A DNA stretch of 64,000 nt from Planctomycetota bacterium (GTDB lineage: Bacteria > Planctomycetota > GCA-002687715 > DRQF01). Of the stretch, positions 1 through 9,917 are shown one piece after another. The notes under the pieces were generated by a model that worked only from the letters and a program-made list of their open reading frames with translations, did no database searches and was not told the DNA's origin. The first letter of the stretch is position 1, and every line of letters starts with the position of its first letter. The stretch is from the NCBI GenBank assembly GCA_027001995.1, contig JALTLO010000177.1, positions 11,193-75,192 on the forward strand, in the 5' to 3' direction. Made by a program: the position numbers and the translations under genes.

Positions 1-173
1 TGCAGAAATAGCACTATTCTCAGTCTATTGTGCGGGAAGAAATGATTACCGATCGCCATAAACGCTTGGTAGGATTTCTGTTGTAGAGCGATTTTGCTCG
101 GTTATCCCGTCTCATTCATGAGATTGTGGTCGTGAATTATTCGGGTCAGGGGCCCCTAGGGAGATCTTTTGCC

Positions 174-725
174 ATGAATAAGAACGCTCAGGCCCGTTTG
201 GGCGACATTCGCTGTCTCCAGGGGGACATAACCGACTGTGAGGTGGACGCGATTGTAAATGCGGCCAATTCCTCGTTGATGGGGGGCGGGGGAGTCGATG
301 GAGCGATCCATCGCGCTGCAGGCCCTGCCTTGGTTCATGCCTGCCGCGCTCTTCAGCCTCCGGGCTGCGAAACCGGGGAGGCCAGAATCACATCAGCTTT
401 TGACCTCAAAGCTCAGTTTGTCATTCATACAGTGGGGCCGGTTTATCGGGACGGAAGCGTGGGCGAATCAGCACTTTTGGCCTCCTGCTACCGCTCTTGT
501 GTGAAGTTGGCTGCGCAAAACGATATCCAGACGATGGCATTCCCGGCAATCTCCTGTGGAATCTTCGGTTACCCGGTGGGAGAGGCTGCTGCGATTGCTC
601 TTACAAGCCTCGCTGAAGCTTTGGGAGAAAACCCAGATGTTTCCCATATTTCGATGGTGCTGTTCGAGGAAGAGGTCTACCGGATTTTTCAGGAAACTCA
701 CAAACTCCTTGGAGCCGGATCCTAA
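174..725 (+). CDS. Macro-domain protein (O-acetyl-ADP-ribose deacetylase / YmdB-like)
   Basis: ORF 126..725. The internal ATG at 174 is preceded by AGGGAG about 11 nt upstream. Macro-domain signatures are GDITDCEVDAIVNAANSSLMGGGGVDGAIHRAAGP and AFPAISCGIFGYP. Confidence 0.85.
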   Translation: MNKNAQARLGDIRCLQGDITDCEVDAIVNAANSSLMGGGGVDGAIHRAAGPALVHACRALQPPGCETGEARITSAFDLKAQFVIHTVGPVYRDGSVGESALLASCYRSCVKLAAQNDIQTMAFPAISCGIFGYPVGEAAAIALTSLAEALGENPDVSHISMVLFEEEVYRIFQETHKLLGAGS

Positions 726-807
726 TACAGGTCTTCTGTCTACTTCACGACTTCGGGGCCGCGATCTTGTGACTTAGTCGAGTTTATCTTGGCCTTGTTT
801 TCCTTTT

Positions 808-1878
808 GTGAATTTTTTTGGATTGGGGGCCGATAAGGGCCTCATGACATCCGATTTAGTCTTAGAAACAACACCGTCTCTCCTTGTTGACCAAACCCCT
901 GAATCTCGCCTTGGGTTAGAAAGAGCCGCTCGGCGCCGTGAACTTGAGGGAAAGCCCCAGTTCTTTGGCGATGGGCGCAAATGGATCCCATTTCAAATGA
1001 TGGATCCGGCTCTTAGGATCGCCCGAGGCGTTCTTTCTCTTGCTGGGGTGTATCGTCCTTTGGCCTCCCGGGCTACGAAAATCAACGTGGTCGAAAATGA
1101 AGTTTACCTCCGTGGGGTGAAGCCTGGAGTCGAAGGGGCCCGTATTCTCCATCTTTCGGATTTGCACATTGATGGTTCTCCTGGGTTGGGCAAACGTTTG
1201 GCTGAGGCTTGTGCTGAAATTGACTTTGATGTTGCTGTTTTGACGGGAGATCTGCGCCTTGAGATCAAGGGAGATTTCACCCCAGTACTTGAGGAATTGG
1301 CGCCTCTCATCGAAGTTCTCAACGGTTGCGAGCACGGGGTTTTTGCTATCTTGGGCAATCACGATGAGTTGGACATGGTGGCGCCCATCGAGAGTATGGG
1401 CGCGACCTACTTACTAAATGAATCCTGTGGAATCGAAATGGGCTATGACCAGCTTTACCTAGCGGGCGTTGATGACGCTCATTTCTTCGGCACGGATGAT
1501 ATCGATTCGTCTTTGCAGCAGGTGCCGGCGGATGAAACTTGCCTCTTTCTTTGCCATAGCCCTGATCTCATTCAGGAGGCAGCAGAGAAATACTGCGATA
1601 TGTATCTATGTGGTCATACCCACGGTGGGCAGATTTGTTTACCAGGTGGCAAGCCAATCGTTTCGAATGCCAGCGTGTCTCGGCGGTTCTGCACCGGACC
1701 ATGGTTGCTTGGAGGTATGCGAGGTTATACATCCCGAGGAATTGGGTTTTCCGGTATTCCATTCCGTACCCATTGTGATGCCGAGCTGATTGTTCATGTG
1801 ATCAAACGAGAGCGAAGAGGAAGTCAGCGTCTGTTATGTGAAGAGATAGCAGAGCAAGAGCTTTTCGACGACGCCTAA
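808..1878 (+). CDS. Calcineurin-like metallophosphoesterase (YaeI/YkuE-like)
   Basis: Ordered phosphoesterase motifs ILHLSDLHIDG, VLTGDL, ILGNHDE and LCGHTHGGQ. The true start is uncertain, with candidate ATGs at 808, 844 and about 997. Confidence 0.85.
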   Translation: MNFFGLGADKGLMTSDLVLETTPSLLVDQTPESRLGLERAARRRELEGKPQFFGDGRKWIPFQMMDPALRIARGVLSLAGVYRPLASRATKINVVENEVYLRGVKPGVEGARILHLSDLHIDGSPGLGKRLAEACAEIDFDVAVLTGDLRLEIKGDFTPVLEELAPLIEVLNGCEHGVFAILGNHDELDMVAPIESMGATYLLNESCGIEMGYDQLYLAGVDDAHFFGTDDIDSSLQQVPADETCLFLCHSPDLIQEAAEKYCDMYLCGHTHGGQICLPGGKPIVSNASVSRRFCTGPWLLGGMRGYTSRGIGFSGIPFRTHCDAELIVHVIKRERRGSQRLLCEEIAEQELFDDA

Positions 1879-2245
1879 GAACTCCCACCCGACTCTTTCA
1901 TGAGTTCTTGATTCTTTTCTTGGAAAATGCCTTTGGGACCACCGATTGGCCACGAAGCTTGAATGCAAAACAAGCCCGTCAAAATATTACATTATCCCTG
2001 CGTATCGTCCTAACTCAGATCGTTTTTTGACTTTGTCTTTCGACCAAGATCGTCAAGGGAGTGCCCTGGGTTGTGCAAGTTGTCGCAGCTTCCCTCAGTC
2101 TGAAAATATCTTGAGATTGTTCGACAGAATCTTTGTCGTAAGACGTCATGTGTCTGAGGGGCGAGAATGTAGTTCGCCCTCTTCGTTTCTTGTCGTGACT
2201 TCTTGTGCAAGTAAAGTAGCGACTGTGCCCACGCCAGAAGGATCT

Positions 2246-3709
2246 ATGAATTTGAACTGGACCCGACTGCTCCGTCCATGGACCCCAAGGAAGCCGATTG
2301 CGTTCTTGTCTGCTGAGAAGACCAACTTGGCTTTGCCGTGGACGTACCTGCTACTATTTTTCTGCCTGTCTATGCCTAGCCAAGGGCAGGGAGGGCCGAG
2401 TCTTCTCATCACATCTCAGGATATTCGTGATTTGAATGAGTTGGTCGCCAACCAGCATGTATTTCCCTATGGTTCTGTTTCTAAAGTGGGGCAAGATGCT
2501 TTTTTTGCTCACCTGGCAGGAAAAGTTGGGAAGTGGTCGCAGTCTCGCATTCTTGTCGAAATGATGCGGGGCATTGCCGAGCTGAAGTGTGGGAAAACAG
2601 AATTGATCTTGCCCAAAGGGGTTCTGCCTCGCTTGCCTTTGTCCTTTCAGGCATTTGCGGATGGGCTTTTCGTTTCTTGTGCTCAAGAGCCATTTCGAGA
2701 TCTTCTTGGTTGTCGTTTTGTAAGCCTCAATTTGCGCTCAGCGGAGGAAGTGACGAGGAAGTTGTCGGAACTCATAGCCCATGAGAATCAGAGCGCTGCC
2801 AACCATGGGACAGGGCATCTTTTGGCGATCCCTCATATCTTGGATGGCCTGGGTCTATTAGGAAATCGTAAAACTTGTCATTTTGTCTTCGCCCATGAAT
2901 CTGGAAGAAAACTGAGCCGCACATGGACTGTGAGTGATTGGTCTCTCGCAGTGCACAGAAAGATCAATGCGCCGAAGTTCCTTCACGTGGCCAAAGTGAA
3001 AGATCGTTTGCGATTTCAAGCTTTGGGCCAAGCCCTTTGGTCTTCCCACTTACCGAAGAAAAAAACTCTCTATGTCCGTTACTCTCGGGCAGAGGATCTC
3101 CCTGGTCAAGTAAGCATTGCTTTAGCGACTCAGAAAATCTTAAGGCGTATGCAAGAGAACGATGTCGAGCGATTGGTGTTGGATATTCGCGTCTTAAATA
3201 GTGGCCATTGTGCACTGAACCGGACCCTTATTGAGGGGCTCGAGAAATCCGCCAAATTCAATCGCCCCGGTGGACTCTTTGTTTTGATCGGAAGTGAAAC
3301 CAAAGCTGCTGGGGTTCATTTAGCTTTTGCATTGGAAGCCAAGACTCAGGCCGTTTTTGTTGGGCAAGCGACGGGGCAAGGATCTGACCATTACGCCGAG
3401 CCTGCGGTTTTTCGTCTTCCTGACAGTGGCCTGCAAGTTTGTTTGCCGCAGACACATTGGTCGCTGACTTCACCTGCCCAAAGGCGAGACGCCTTGTATC
3501 CAGATGTTTTGGTCAAGAATACTTTTGCAAGTTTTGTTGCCGGGAATGATCCTTGTCTTGTTGCCGTTAGTGCTTTTGAGATAAACAAGAAACCGGACAT
3601 TGCCGCAGCGATCAAGAGCCGCCAACGATCAAAGCGTCCAATTCAATACCTGGGTCATCTGAGGCGTCCATCCCAAGAGATGTTAGAGATGCGCAACGGT
3701 CGCTTTTGA
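2246..3709 (+). CDS. Secreted S41 (C-terminal processing peptidase)-like protein, probably non-catalytic
   Basis: ORF 1946..3709 trimmed to the ATG at 2246, which gives a signal-peptide-like N-terminus (LALPWTYLLLFFCLSMPSQG). The C-terminal third resembles the S41 core: LVLDIRVLNSGH, LFVLIGSETKAAGVHLAFAL, AVFVGQATGQG. Confidence 0.45.
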   Translation: MNLNWTRLLRPWTPRKPIAFLSAEKTNLALPWTYLLLFFCLSMPSQGQGGPSLLITSQDIRDLNELVANQHVFPYGSVSKVGQDAFFAHLAGKVGKWSQSRILVEMMRGIAELKCGKTELILPKGVLPRLPLSFQAFADGLFVSCAQEPFRDLLGCRFVSLNLRSAEEVTRKLSELIAHENQSAANHGTGHLLAIPHILDGLGLLGNRKTCHFVFAHESGRKLSRTWTVSDWSLAVHRKINAPKFLHVAKVKDRLRFQALGQALWSSHLPKKKTLYVRYSRAEDLPGQVSIALATQKILRRMQENDVERLVLDIRVLNSGHCALNRTLIEGLEKSAKFNRPGGLFVLIGSETKAAGVHLAFALEAKTQAVFVGQATGQGSDHYAEPAVFRLPDSGLQVCLPQTHWSLTSPAQRRDALYPDVLVKNTFASFVAGNDPCLVAVSAFEINKKPDIAAAIKSRQRSKRPIQYLGHLRRPSQEMLEMRNGRF

Positions 3710-3746
3710 ACCGGCGAAAGGAATTGTTGTCGCGGTGCAAAGACCC

Positions 3747-4682
3747 TCAAGGTAATCTTCTGAATTTCTCGATGATCTTTGCCAACTCGGCAATCGTCTT
3801 GGGTGATGTGCGACAGCAACCTCCAATCCCAGCCACCCCTAATTTCAGCCATTTTTCGGCCTCGATTAAGAGGTCACTGGCCTCATTTGAGGCAGTCCAT
3901 TTTCCTCTGTTGTAAACTTCGCCACTGTTGGGATAAACGAAAATGGGTTTCTTGCTTTTGCCAAGGGCCAGTTTGAGAGCCTGAGTTGCCAAAGGTGGCG
4001 CCAGGCAATTGACGCCGATGGCAACCAAGTTGTCGTAGGCTTCAAGTTGGAGAATTAAGTCGTGAAATCTGTCGCCATTGGCTAAGCACTCAGGGTCTCG
4101 AAGTTGGAAACTGAGCCAGAACTCCCATGCGGGAAAATCTCTCATGCGCTGGGCGATGGCTAATGCTTCATCCCCTCGGGGGATGGTCTCAAAAGCGAAG
4201 ACATCCGCTTTCGTTGTTGACAAAACTCGCATCCGCTCATCGTGTAGATTCATGATTTGATCGATACCATGGGCACCGTAGTTGCCGGTGTATTCTGATC
4301 CGTCTCCTAAGGTGGCTCCGAACGGTCCCAGGGAGGCAGCGACGAAGAATTGCTCTTCACGTCCAGGGTGCAGCTGTTTGATACTCTGTTTGGCGATTGC
4401 GATGGACTTCCTGAGCAAGTCGTCGGCCGCACTCTTGGAAAAACCCATGGCTGCCAGGGTGTCATGGGAGAATTGGTAGCTGGACGAGCTGATGACTTGA
4501 GACCCGGACCTTAGGAATTGTTCGTGGGCCCAGCGAATCTCTTCTGGTGCTTCGATGAGGAGCTTGGCTGACCAAAGATGGGAGTCCAATTGAGCGCCGT
4601 GGGATTCTAAAGTTGTGGCCAAACCTCCATCCAAGAGAATCGGTCCATTTTCTTCTATGAATTGGCCCAAGGGGAGAGGCAT
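3747..4682 (-). CDS. Homocysteine S-methyltransferase family protein (MmuM-like)
   Basis: Motifs LLDGGLATTLESHGAQLDSHLWSAKLL, plus zinc-ligand cysteines in GVNCLAP and GIGGCCRTSP. ORF 3747..4868 trimmed to the ATG at 4682 (MPLPLGQFIEENGPILLDGG), which lies 1 nt after the TAG (4686..4684) of the upstream gene. Confidence 0.8.
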   Translation of the reverse strand: MPLPLGQFIEENGPILLDGGLATTLESHGAQLDSHLWSAKLLIEAPEEIRWAHEQFLRSGSQVISSSSYQFSHDTLAAMGFSKSAADDLLRKSIAIAKQSIKQLHPGREEQFFVAASLGPFGATLGDGSEYTGNYGAHGIDQIMNLHDERMRVLSTTKADVFAFETIPRGDEALAIAQRMRDFPAWEFWLSFQLRDPECLANGDRFHDLILQLEAYDNLVAIGVNCLAPPLATQALKLALGKSKKPIFVYPNSGEVYNRGKWTASNEASDLLIEAEKWLKLGVAGIGGCCRTSPKTIAELAKIIEKFRRLP

Positions 4683-4683
4683 G

Positions 4684-7600
4684 CTATTGCAACCAGGAAG
4701 GGCGCGTGCTGTTTTCTTGCTGCAAGAGGGCCCGGTACTCTCTGGCTGCTTCTTTGACATGCTCTGGGGCAATGGTGTAGGTGGCGATGATCTGTTTGCT
4801 TCCCCGAACACCCAAACCGTACTCGTTGTACTGATTAAAACGAACGACGCTGAGCCAGACTTTGTCATTCACTTTCAGCGCTCCCATGGCCCTGAGACCA
4901 AAAAGGGCCAAGGCTTGCCGCCAAGGATCTTGGGAGACCTGTACTGATCTGACATCCACGATGAGGTGGAGACCGTGATCGCGGCGTAAAGACGTGGACG
5001 CCATGGAAACGCCGTGTTCCTGGGCCTGGCTTTGGGTGAGTTTGCTGCCATCGACAATCTGTGCTCCAGAGTGGCGCTCGAAACGACCGTCAGCACGTTC
5101 TTTCTTCATCTTTTCGTTTTGCTCGAAGAGAAAAGTCTGAGATCGCACTAAGGGAGCAATTTCGGAGACGAGGGCTTGGCCGATGGCTCGAATGAGGTGA
5201 GATCGAAGGTGTCGGTCTCCGAGGAAGTTGTAGGGGTACAGGCGGGGGAGCTGGTCGCCCATGAGATCTTCTATCTTGATCAAAGGTATCTTCAGTTCTG
5301 ACAAGACTTTCCGTGCGACTCTCATATCTTCTTTTCGACCATAGATGGGGAGCTTCTCTCCATCAGCTGTGATTCTGTCGATGGCGGTGATGTCTAAGAA
5401 CAATGGCGCAATCAACTTCGCTTGGCAGTAAGCCGTGATCTCAGTGAGGGCGTCGCGGATTGTCTGGGTTCTTGATCTACTTGTTACCTTGACAGAGCCG
5501 ATGCGTATCTTGGGCAATCGTCCAGCCCAACGATCAATGATGGGCCGCTGGGCTTCGTCCCGCATAATGGCGGGCCATCGTTCAACGATGGTCTCGATGT
5601 CCTTCTCTGTGGATTCAGGGGAGCCCAAGGACGCTAAGTCCAAAACGATGACAGCAATGTTTAAGTCTTGAGGGTCTAAGTCCAAGAGTGTTGCATAAAT
5701 GGATATGAGGTCGCCATTGGCCATGGACATGTTGACACCTTCAACATGAAAAGGGCCGTCTGCGTTCTGGCGTTGGTAGGCATTTTCGAATGACCGGGCG
5801 AAGGACATGGACGATGCGAGGCCCTGGGGACGAATGACGTCACCGGGCCAGACAGCCCCAGAAATGGAGCTACCAAAAAAACCTACTCTTATGGTCGATC
5901 CAACCCGATGGCGCATGGTATGACCCATGGCAGTCAACGATTGCGATTCTGGGTCTGGTGGTGTGCCATAAATCCAATTGAAACGCATGACCCGTGTTGA
6001 ATCCAGTTGCCTCCAACCCTGCCAGTGGCTGAATATCTGTCCCGTTTCTTGGTTGATGCAAACGATGTCACCGGGTTTGATGGGCCGCTTGGTGTTTTCA
6101 TCAAGGACGATTCCGGTTTCAGCGGGCCATAACAGTGCATAAGCTACCCGAGCTGCGGCGTTCATATTCCACAGAGATGAGAAACTCTCCTCTTGGATCA
6201 TGGGGCTCAAAGAGCCTTTTGACTTGGGGGCAAACCCCGGGGCTTCAATCAAGACGCGATTTTTCTGATTTAAAGCGAAAACCTGGCGGGCCCCGGAGAT
6301 GGGGATCTGGTCTTCTTTGGGACTGATTTGCACCAATCCCTTTGACTGGAAGATTTTTCGCCACGCCAATGCAGCATCCTTGTCTTCGTTACCAAAGTAG
6401 TTTTTGATCTTGCTGATATCACCGGTCAGAAAGTCCTTCAGTTGAAAGGAACACAAACCCGTAGCCCTTGGCCCTTGGGCAATGGTGTTAATCAGGACAA
6501 AGATCTCATCGTCTTCATTGACAGAGAACGATCGGATAGTCTGATGATCGGGGACCTGGAAATGATCATTCCAAGTCATGGTATCAGTTTCTAAGCTCCA
6601 GACTCTCTTACTCGATGGGCCGAATATGATGATGCGGTTTTTCCTCATTGCTGTCACCAAACGATCTTCTCGCCAAGGAAACTTTTGGGGGATCTTGGTG
6701 ACCTCTTGAGGTCCATTTAGGTTAAAGCGAAGAATCTCTCCGTTGGAGCAAAAAATGAGCGCAGATCCTGGTTTTTCCTGGACGATGGCTGAGATCGTCT
6801 TGAACGGCTCGCTCTCGAAAGCAATGGTCTGCACGCTCGACATAGACAGATTGACCAAGCGTAGGTGAGGGCCATCGTCCCCAGGTTCACTCAGCAGAAC
6901 GTGATTGGGCGTCAAGAAAGCCCCATGGTCAAAAGAGTGAATTGTGGCGTTGTGACCAAATCCGTCTTGGGCCTTGGAACCATCCGCTATGACGCCTGGG
7001 GTCGCTTGGGGATAGGGTTGGGACGAAGGAATGGCCAGGCTCGCCAGGATTCTTTGGGCCAGGATTTGGTTGCCTACGGGGGTGAGATGGCAATGGTCAA
7101 GAAAATCGCTGTTCTTGAATGTCTTGTCGTCGAAGTGTCTGGAAACGTGGAGGTGGGTGTTATTCCGGGGATCTCCTTGGGTGAGGATTTCTGTCTGTCG
7201 ATGGAGAATCAACTGAGCCTTTGCGATCTGGATGGGATGCCGGCTCAGACCAAATTTTTCACCGTTAATGGGGGTCGTGAAGAACAGGCTTCGGCGTTTG
7301 TTTTTCTCTAGTGCTTGGGCGATTCTGCGAAGGGCTCTGATTTGGCCTGATTCTTTGTGGCTGTTGGATTCCAAGAAATGCTGGGCGATTCGTAGCGAGC
7401 TGGAATCTGCTGCTGTTTTCCTTGGTCCTTCAAGGAAGCTTTCTTCTGGATGGCGAAGGGGGTCATTCATCTGGCGGCGAAGGGGTGTGAGCCCCAGGCG
7501 ATGGCGAACCAAGGACAAGCGCTTCAAGTGCGTCACGATGTTGTCCTTCTTACGCTTGTTGTCTTGGAGTGTTTCAAGCCAAGGGCGGGCGAAGGAAGTT

Positions 7601-8088
7601 GGGGTGGTGGCATAGCTGGCGGAGAGATAGCGGGGCGACAACTCGATGACAATTTCGATTCTTTGATTGAGGTCAATGGCGTCCAGAGAACTGAGGATGA
7701 CTTCCATGTCACTGGGCAACATGCCGTCCAATGACAGGTCGTAGAATGCCACAGACCCTGTAGCCAAAAGCCTGGCCCAGTAGGCAGGTGTTTCCCTGCT
7801 TGGAAGCCCGTGTTCTCTGAGAACATGCCCTCTCATGACAGAGTCGCCCAAGAACAGGACAACACGATCCGACGCGTCTTGAGAAGCCTTGTTGAGTGTG
7901 TCCAAAACATCGTATTGGCCAGTGGGGTCATCGTGCTGGAAGGGCTTGGACTGAGTTTGGGTTCGGTTGAGGAAAAAGAGCAAAAATGCCCCGACACTGA
8001 CCAATAGCAAGGTACTTTTCCATGGGGAAACCTCTCGAAGGAGCCCTTCGAACTCTCTATCGTCGTCGTGCTGGCAATCTTGTTTCAT
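4684..8088 (-). CDS. Large signal-anchored protein with two SGNH/DltD/AlgX-like modules (putative partner of the adjacent MBOAT)
   Basis: N-terminal TM (STLLLVSVGAFLLFFL). Module 1 has block I VVLFLGDSVMRGH and block V DFLDHCHLTPVGNQILAQRI. Module 2 has degenerate block I VGFFGSSISGAVWPG and FLGDRHLRSHLIRAIG. The ORF opens with a TTG at 8103 overlapping the MBOAT stop (TTGA); the first ATG is at 8088. Confidence 0.6.
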   Translation of the reverse strand: MKQDCQHDDDREFEGLLREVSPWKSTLLLVSVGAFLLFFLNRTQTQSKPFQHDDPTGQYDVLDTLNKASQDASDRVVLFLGDSVMRGHVLREHGLPSRETPAYWARLLATGSVAFYDLSLDGMLPSDMEVILSSLDAIDLNQRIEIVIELSPRYLSASYATTPTSFARPWLETLQDNKRKKDNIVTHLKRLSLVRHRLGLTPLRRQMNDPLRHPEESFLEGPRKTAADSSSLRIAQHFLESNSHKESGQIRALRRIAQALEKNKRRSLFFTTPINGEKFGLSRHPIQIAKAQLILHRQTEILTQGDPRNNTHLHVSRHFDDKTFKNSDFLDHCHLTPVGNQILAQRILASLAIPSSQPYPQATPGVIADGSKAQDGFGHNATIHSFDHGAFLTPNHVLLSEPGDDGPHLRLVNLSMSSVQTIAFESEPFKTISAIVQEKPGSALIFCSNGEILRFNLNGPQEVTKIPQKFPWREDRLVTAMRKNRIIIFGPSSKRVWSLETDTMTWNDHFQVPDHQTIRSFSVNEDDEIFVLINTIAQGPRATGLCSFQLKDFLTGDISKIKNYFGNEDKDAALAWRKIFQSKGLVQISPKEDQIPISGARQVFALNQKNRVLIEAPGFAPKSKGSLSPMIQEESFSSLWNMNAAARVAYALLWPAETGIVLDENTKRPIKPGDIVCINQETGQIFSHWQGWRQLDSTRVMRFNWIYGTPPDPESQSLTAMGHTMRHRVGSTIRVGFFGSSISGAVWPGDVIRPQGLASSMSFARSFENAYQRQNADGPFHVEGVNMSMANGDLISIYATLLDLDPQDLNIAVIVLDLASLGSPESTEKDIETIVERWPAIMRDEAQRPIIDRWAGRLPKIRIGSVKVTSRSRTQTIRDALTEITAYCQAKLIAPLFLDITAIDRITADGEKLPIYGRKEDMRVARKVLSELKIPLIKIEDLMGDQLPRLYPYNFLGDRHLRSHLIRAIGQALVSEIAPLVRSQTFLFEQNEKMKKERADGRFERHSGAQIVDGSKLTQSQAQEHGVSMASTSLRRDHGLHLIVDVRSVQVSQDPWRQALALFGLRAMGALKVNDKVWLSVVRFNQYNEYGLGVRGSKQIIATYTIAPEHVKEAAREYRALLQQENSTRPSWLQ

Positions 8089-8099
8089 CTGGGCAGTGC

Positions 8100-9524
8100 T
8101 CAAAATTGAAAATAGATGAATGGAGAGGAAACTTCTGGCGCCAAAATAGCAGTCAGCAAGATGGCCGTGGCGATGATGGTGGCATAGCCCAATGGAGTTG
8201 ACGATAGGCGATGAAAGGCTCGCTCCTTTTCTTCCCAGAACATAAGGCCAAAGGTGATGACTAAGAGCATAAGTGTCAAGCCTGCCCCCGATTGATTGGT
8301 CGGTAAGCCAGAAGATATCCAGGTCGAAATCTGCTCCATAATAAAGATGGCATCATGCAAGCTCGTGGCGCGAAAAAGGATCCAACCAAGACAAACAAAA
8401 TGGAACATGAAGAAGACTTTGAGGCCAGTTGCCAGCCAAGGACTTATGAATTTCGAAAGAGGAGTAAAGAGGGGGGCCAGGATGCGGTAGGCGACTAAAA
8501 GGCAGCCATGAAAAAGCCCCCAGACCACGTACGTCCAGGCCGCGCCATGCCACAAACCGGCCAATCCCATGGCCAAAAGTAGGTTTACCAGGGTTCGAGG
8601 GACGCCACCTTTGCTACCCCCCAAGGGAAAGTAAAGATAGTCTCGAATCCACTCTGATAAGGAAATGTGCCAGCGCCGCCAGAAGTCGGAGGGATTTTGA
8701 GCCAAGTAAGGCAGCTTGAAATTGCGAACGAGCTGAATGCCAAAGAGAGAGGCAGCACCACGAGCCATATCTGAATAGGCCGAGAAGTCGAAGAAAATTT
8801 GGAAAGCAAATGCATAGGTAGCAATGAGCAAGTCCAAGCCGCCATGGGCGGATGGATTGCCATAGGAGACATCAACGATGCGGGCCAGATTGTCGGAGAG
8901 GGCTGCTTTTTTGAATAGGCCCCAGGCAAGGAGTAAGAGACCCGCGTGAAAGTGTTCATTGCGAAACTGGTAGTCTCTTACCCGTTTGATCTGGGGCATC
9001 AAATGGCCGGCCCTTTCAATGGGGCCTGCAATGAGCTGGGGAAAGAAACAGACATAGAGCATGAAGTCGACGAAACTGGATTCCGGGTGGATGCGCTTGC
9101 GGTAAACATCAACGGAATAGCTCATAGTTTGAAAAGTGTAAAAAGAAATGCCGATGGGCAAAATGATAGGCCAGCGCTCAGAGAATGCGTTGATGTCCGG
9201 AAGGGCTAAGTGAAGACTCTCGCGAATGAAGTTAGCGTACTTGAAGATGACCAAGACACTTAAGTTGCTGACTAAGCTCATGACTAGCCAATGCTTCTTG
9301 GCCCGATGGTTGTGAGCGGTCTGAATCTTCTTTGCCACCAAGTAGTCCAAGACAGCGGAGTAGAGCACCAGGATGAGGAAGGGTGCGTTCCAAGAGCCGT
9401 AGAAAACTAAGCTGGCCCCCAAGAGTACAGCAACGCGCATCTTCTTGGGCCCCAGGTAAAAGGCTAAGAAGGTCAAGGACAACAGAACTAAGTAAGAAAT
9501 CGAATCGAACTGCAAGAACGTCAC
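8100..9524 (-). CDS. MBOAT-family membrane-bound O-acyltransferase (AlgI/DltB/PatA-like)
   Basis: Polytopic membrane protein with the MBOAT histidine motif FWRRWHISLSEWIRDYLYFPLGGSKGG and a typical N-terminus MTFLQFDSISYLVLL (GTG start). Confidence 0.9.
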   Translation of the reverse strand: MTFLQFDSISYLVLLSLTFLAFYLGPKKMRVAVLLGASLVFYGSWNAPFLILVLYSAVLDYLVAKKIQTAHNHRAKKHWLVMSLVSNLSVLVIFKYANFIRESLHLALPDINAFSERWPIILPIGISFYTFQTMSYSVDVYRKRIHPESSFVDFMLYVCFFPQLIAGPIERAGHLMPQIKRVRDYQFRNEHFHAGLLLLAWGLFKKAALSDNLARIVDVSYGNPSAHGGLDLLIATYAFAFQIFFDFSAYSDMARGAASLFGIQLVRNFKLPYLAQNPSDFWRRWHISLSEWIRDYLYFPLGGSKGGVPRTLVNLLLAMGLAGLWHGAAWTYVVWGLFHGCLLVAYRILAPLFTPLSKFISPWLATGLKVFFMFHFVCLGWILFRATSLHDAIFIMEQISTWISSGLPTNQSGAGLTLMLLVITFGLMFWEEKERAFHRLSSTPLGYATIIATAILLTAILAPEVSSPFIYFQF

Positions 9525-9917
9525 TCCATGTACCTAAGTCGCTTCATGCAAGCGATTGTGGCTGGCGCGCTTACCTTAAGCCATATAGCCCGTAATTTCT
9601 TCTTCGTTTTCTTCTTCTTCGCTCATGTACAGAGTTTGGAGAGCCTTTGAGGCCAGAGAAGAAAGCGTGAGCGACGATCGACGGACAGATCGGACTTGAC
9701 TGGAAAAGGGAGGGCGCGAGGTTGTGGATAAGGCGGGCGGTGGCATCGTTGCCAATGGCATGGCTGGCCCTCGCTTTCTAAATCTGCCACTGGGGAAGTA
9801 TTTCGGGACTTCCCCAATACTTCGGCATTCGCCCCGGTGGAATCAGCTCTTGGACGTATTCTCGGTTGCTGCTTTTCCTGAACCCTGGTAGTTTTCGTCC
9901 TGAAGCAAAGGAGTTCT

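Noticed and set aside
174-1878. Macro-domain gene followed by a metallophosphoesterase, considered as an ADP-ribosylation toxin/antitoxin or ADP-ribose processing module
   Set aside because: No ADP-ribosyltransferase or toxin-like gene is adjacent. The genes are separated by ~80 nt or more, and both families are common stand-alone housekeeping enzymes.
1946-2245. 100-codon N-terminal extension of the S41-like ORF
   Set aside because: The extension has no signal or TM character. The ATG at 2246 yields a plausible signal peptide for a protein with an exported-type domain.
4683-4868. 62-codon upstream extension of the homocysteine methyltransferase ORF
   Set aside because: It would overlap the 3' end of the upstream 1139-aa gene by 185 nt. 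The ATG at 4682 gives a canonical family N-terminus.
9576-9761. Minus-strand ORF ending in a highly acidic peptide (MSEEEENEEEITGYMA) just upstream of the MBOAT gene. Considered as a DltX-like small partner or leader peptide.
   Set aside because: No SD or conserved motif. The acidic run is simply the reverse complement of a TTC-rich tract in a divergent promoter region. It does not resemble the hydrophobic small partners of MBOAT systems.
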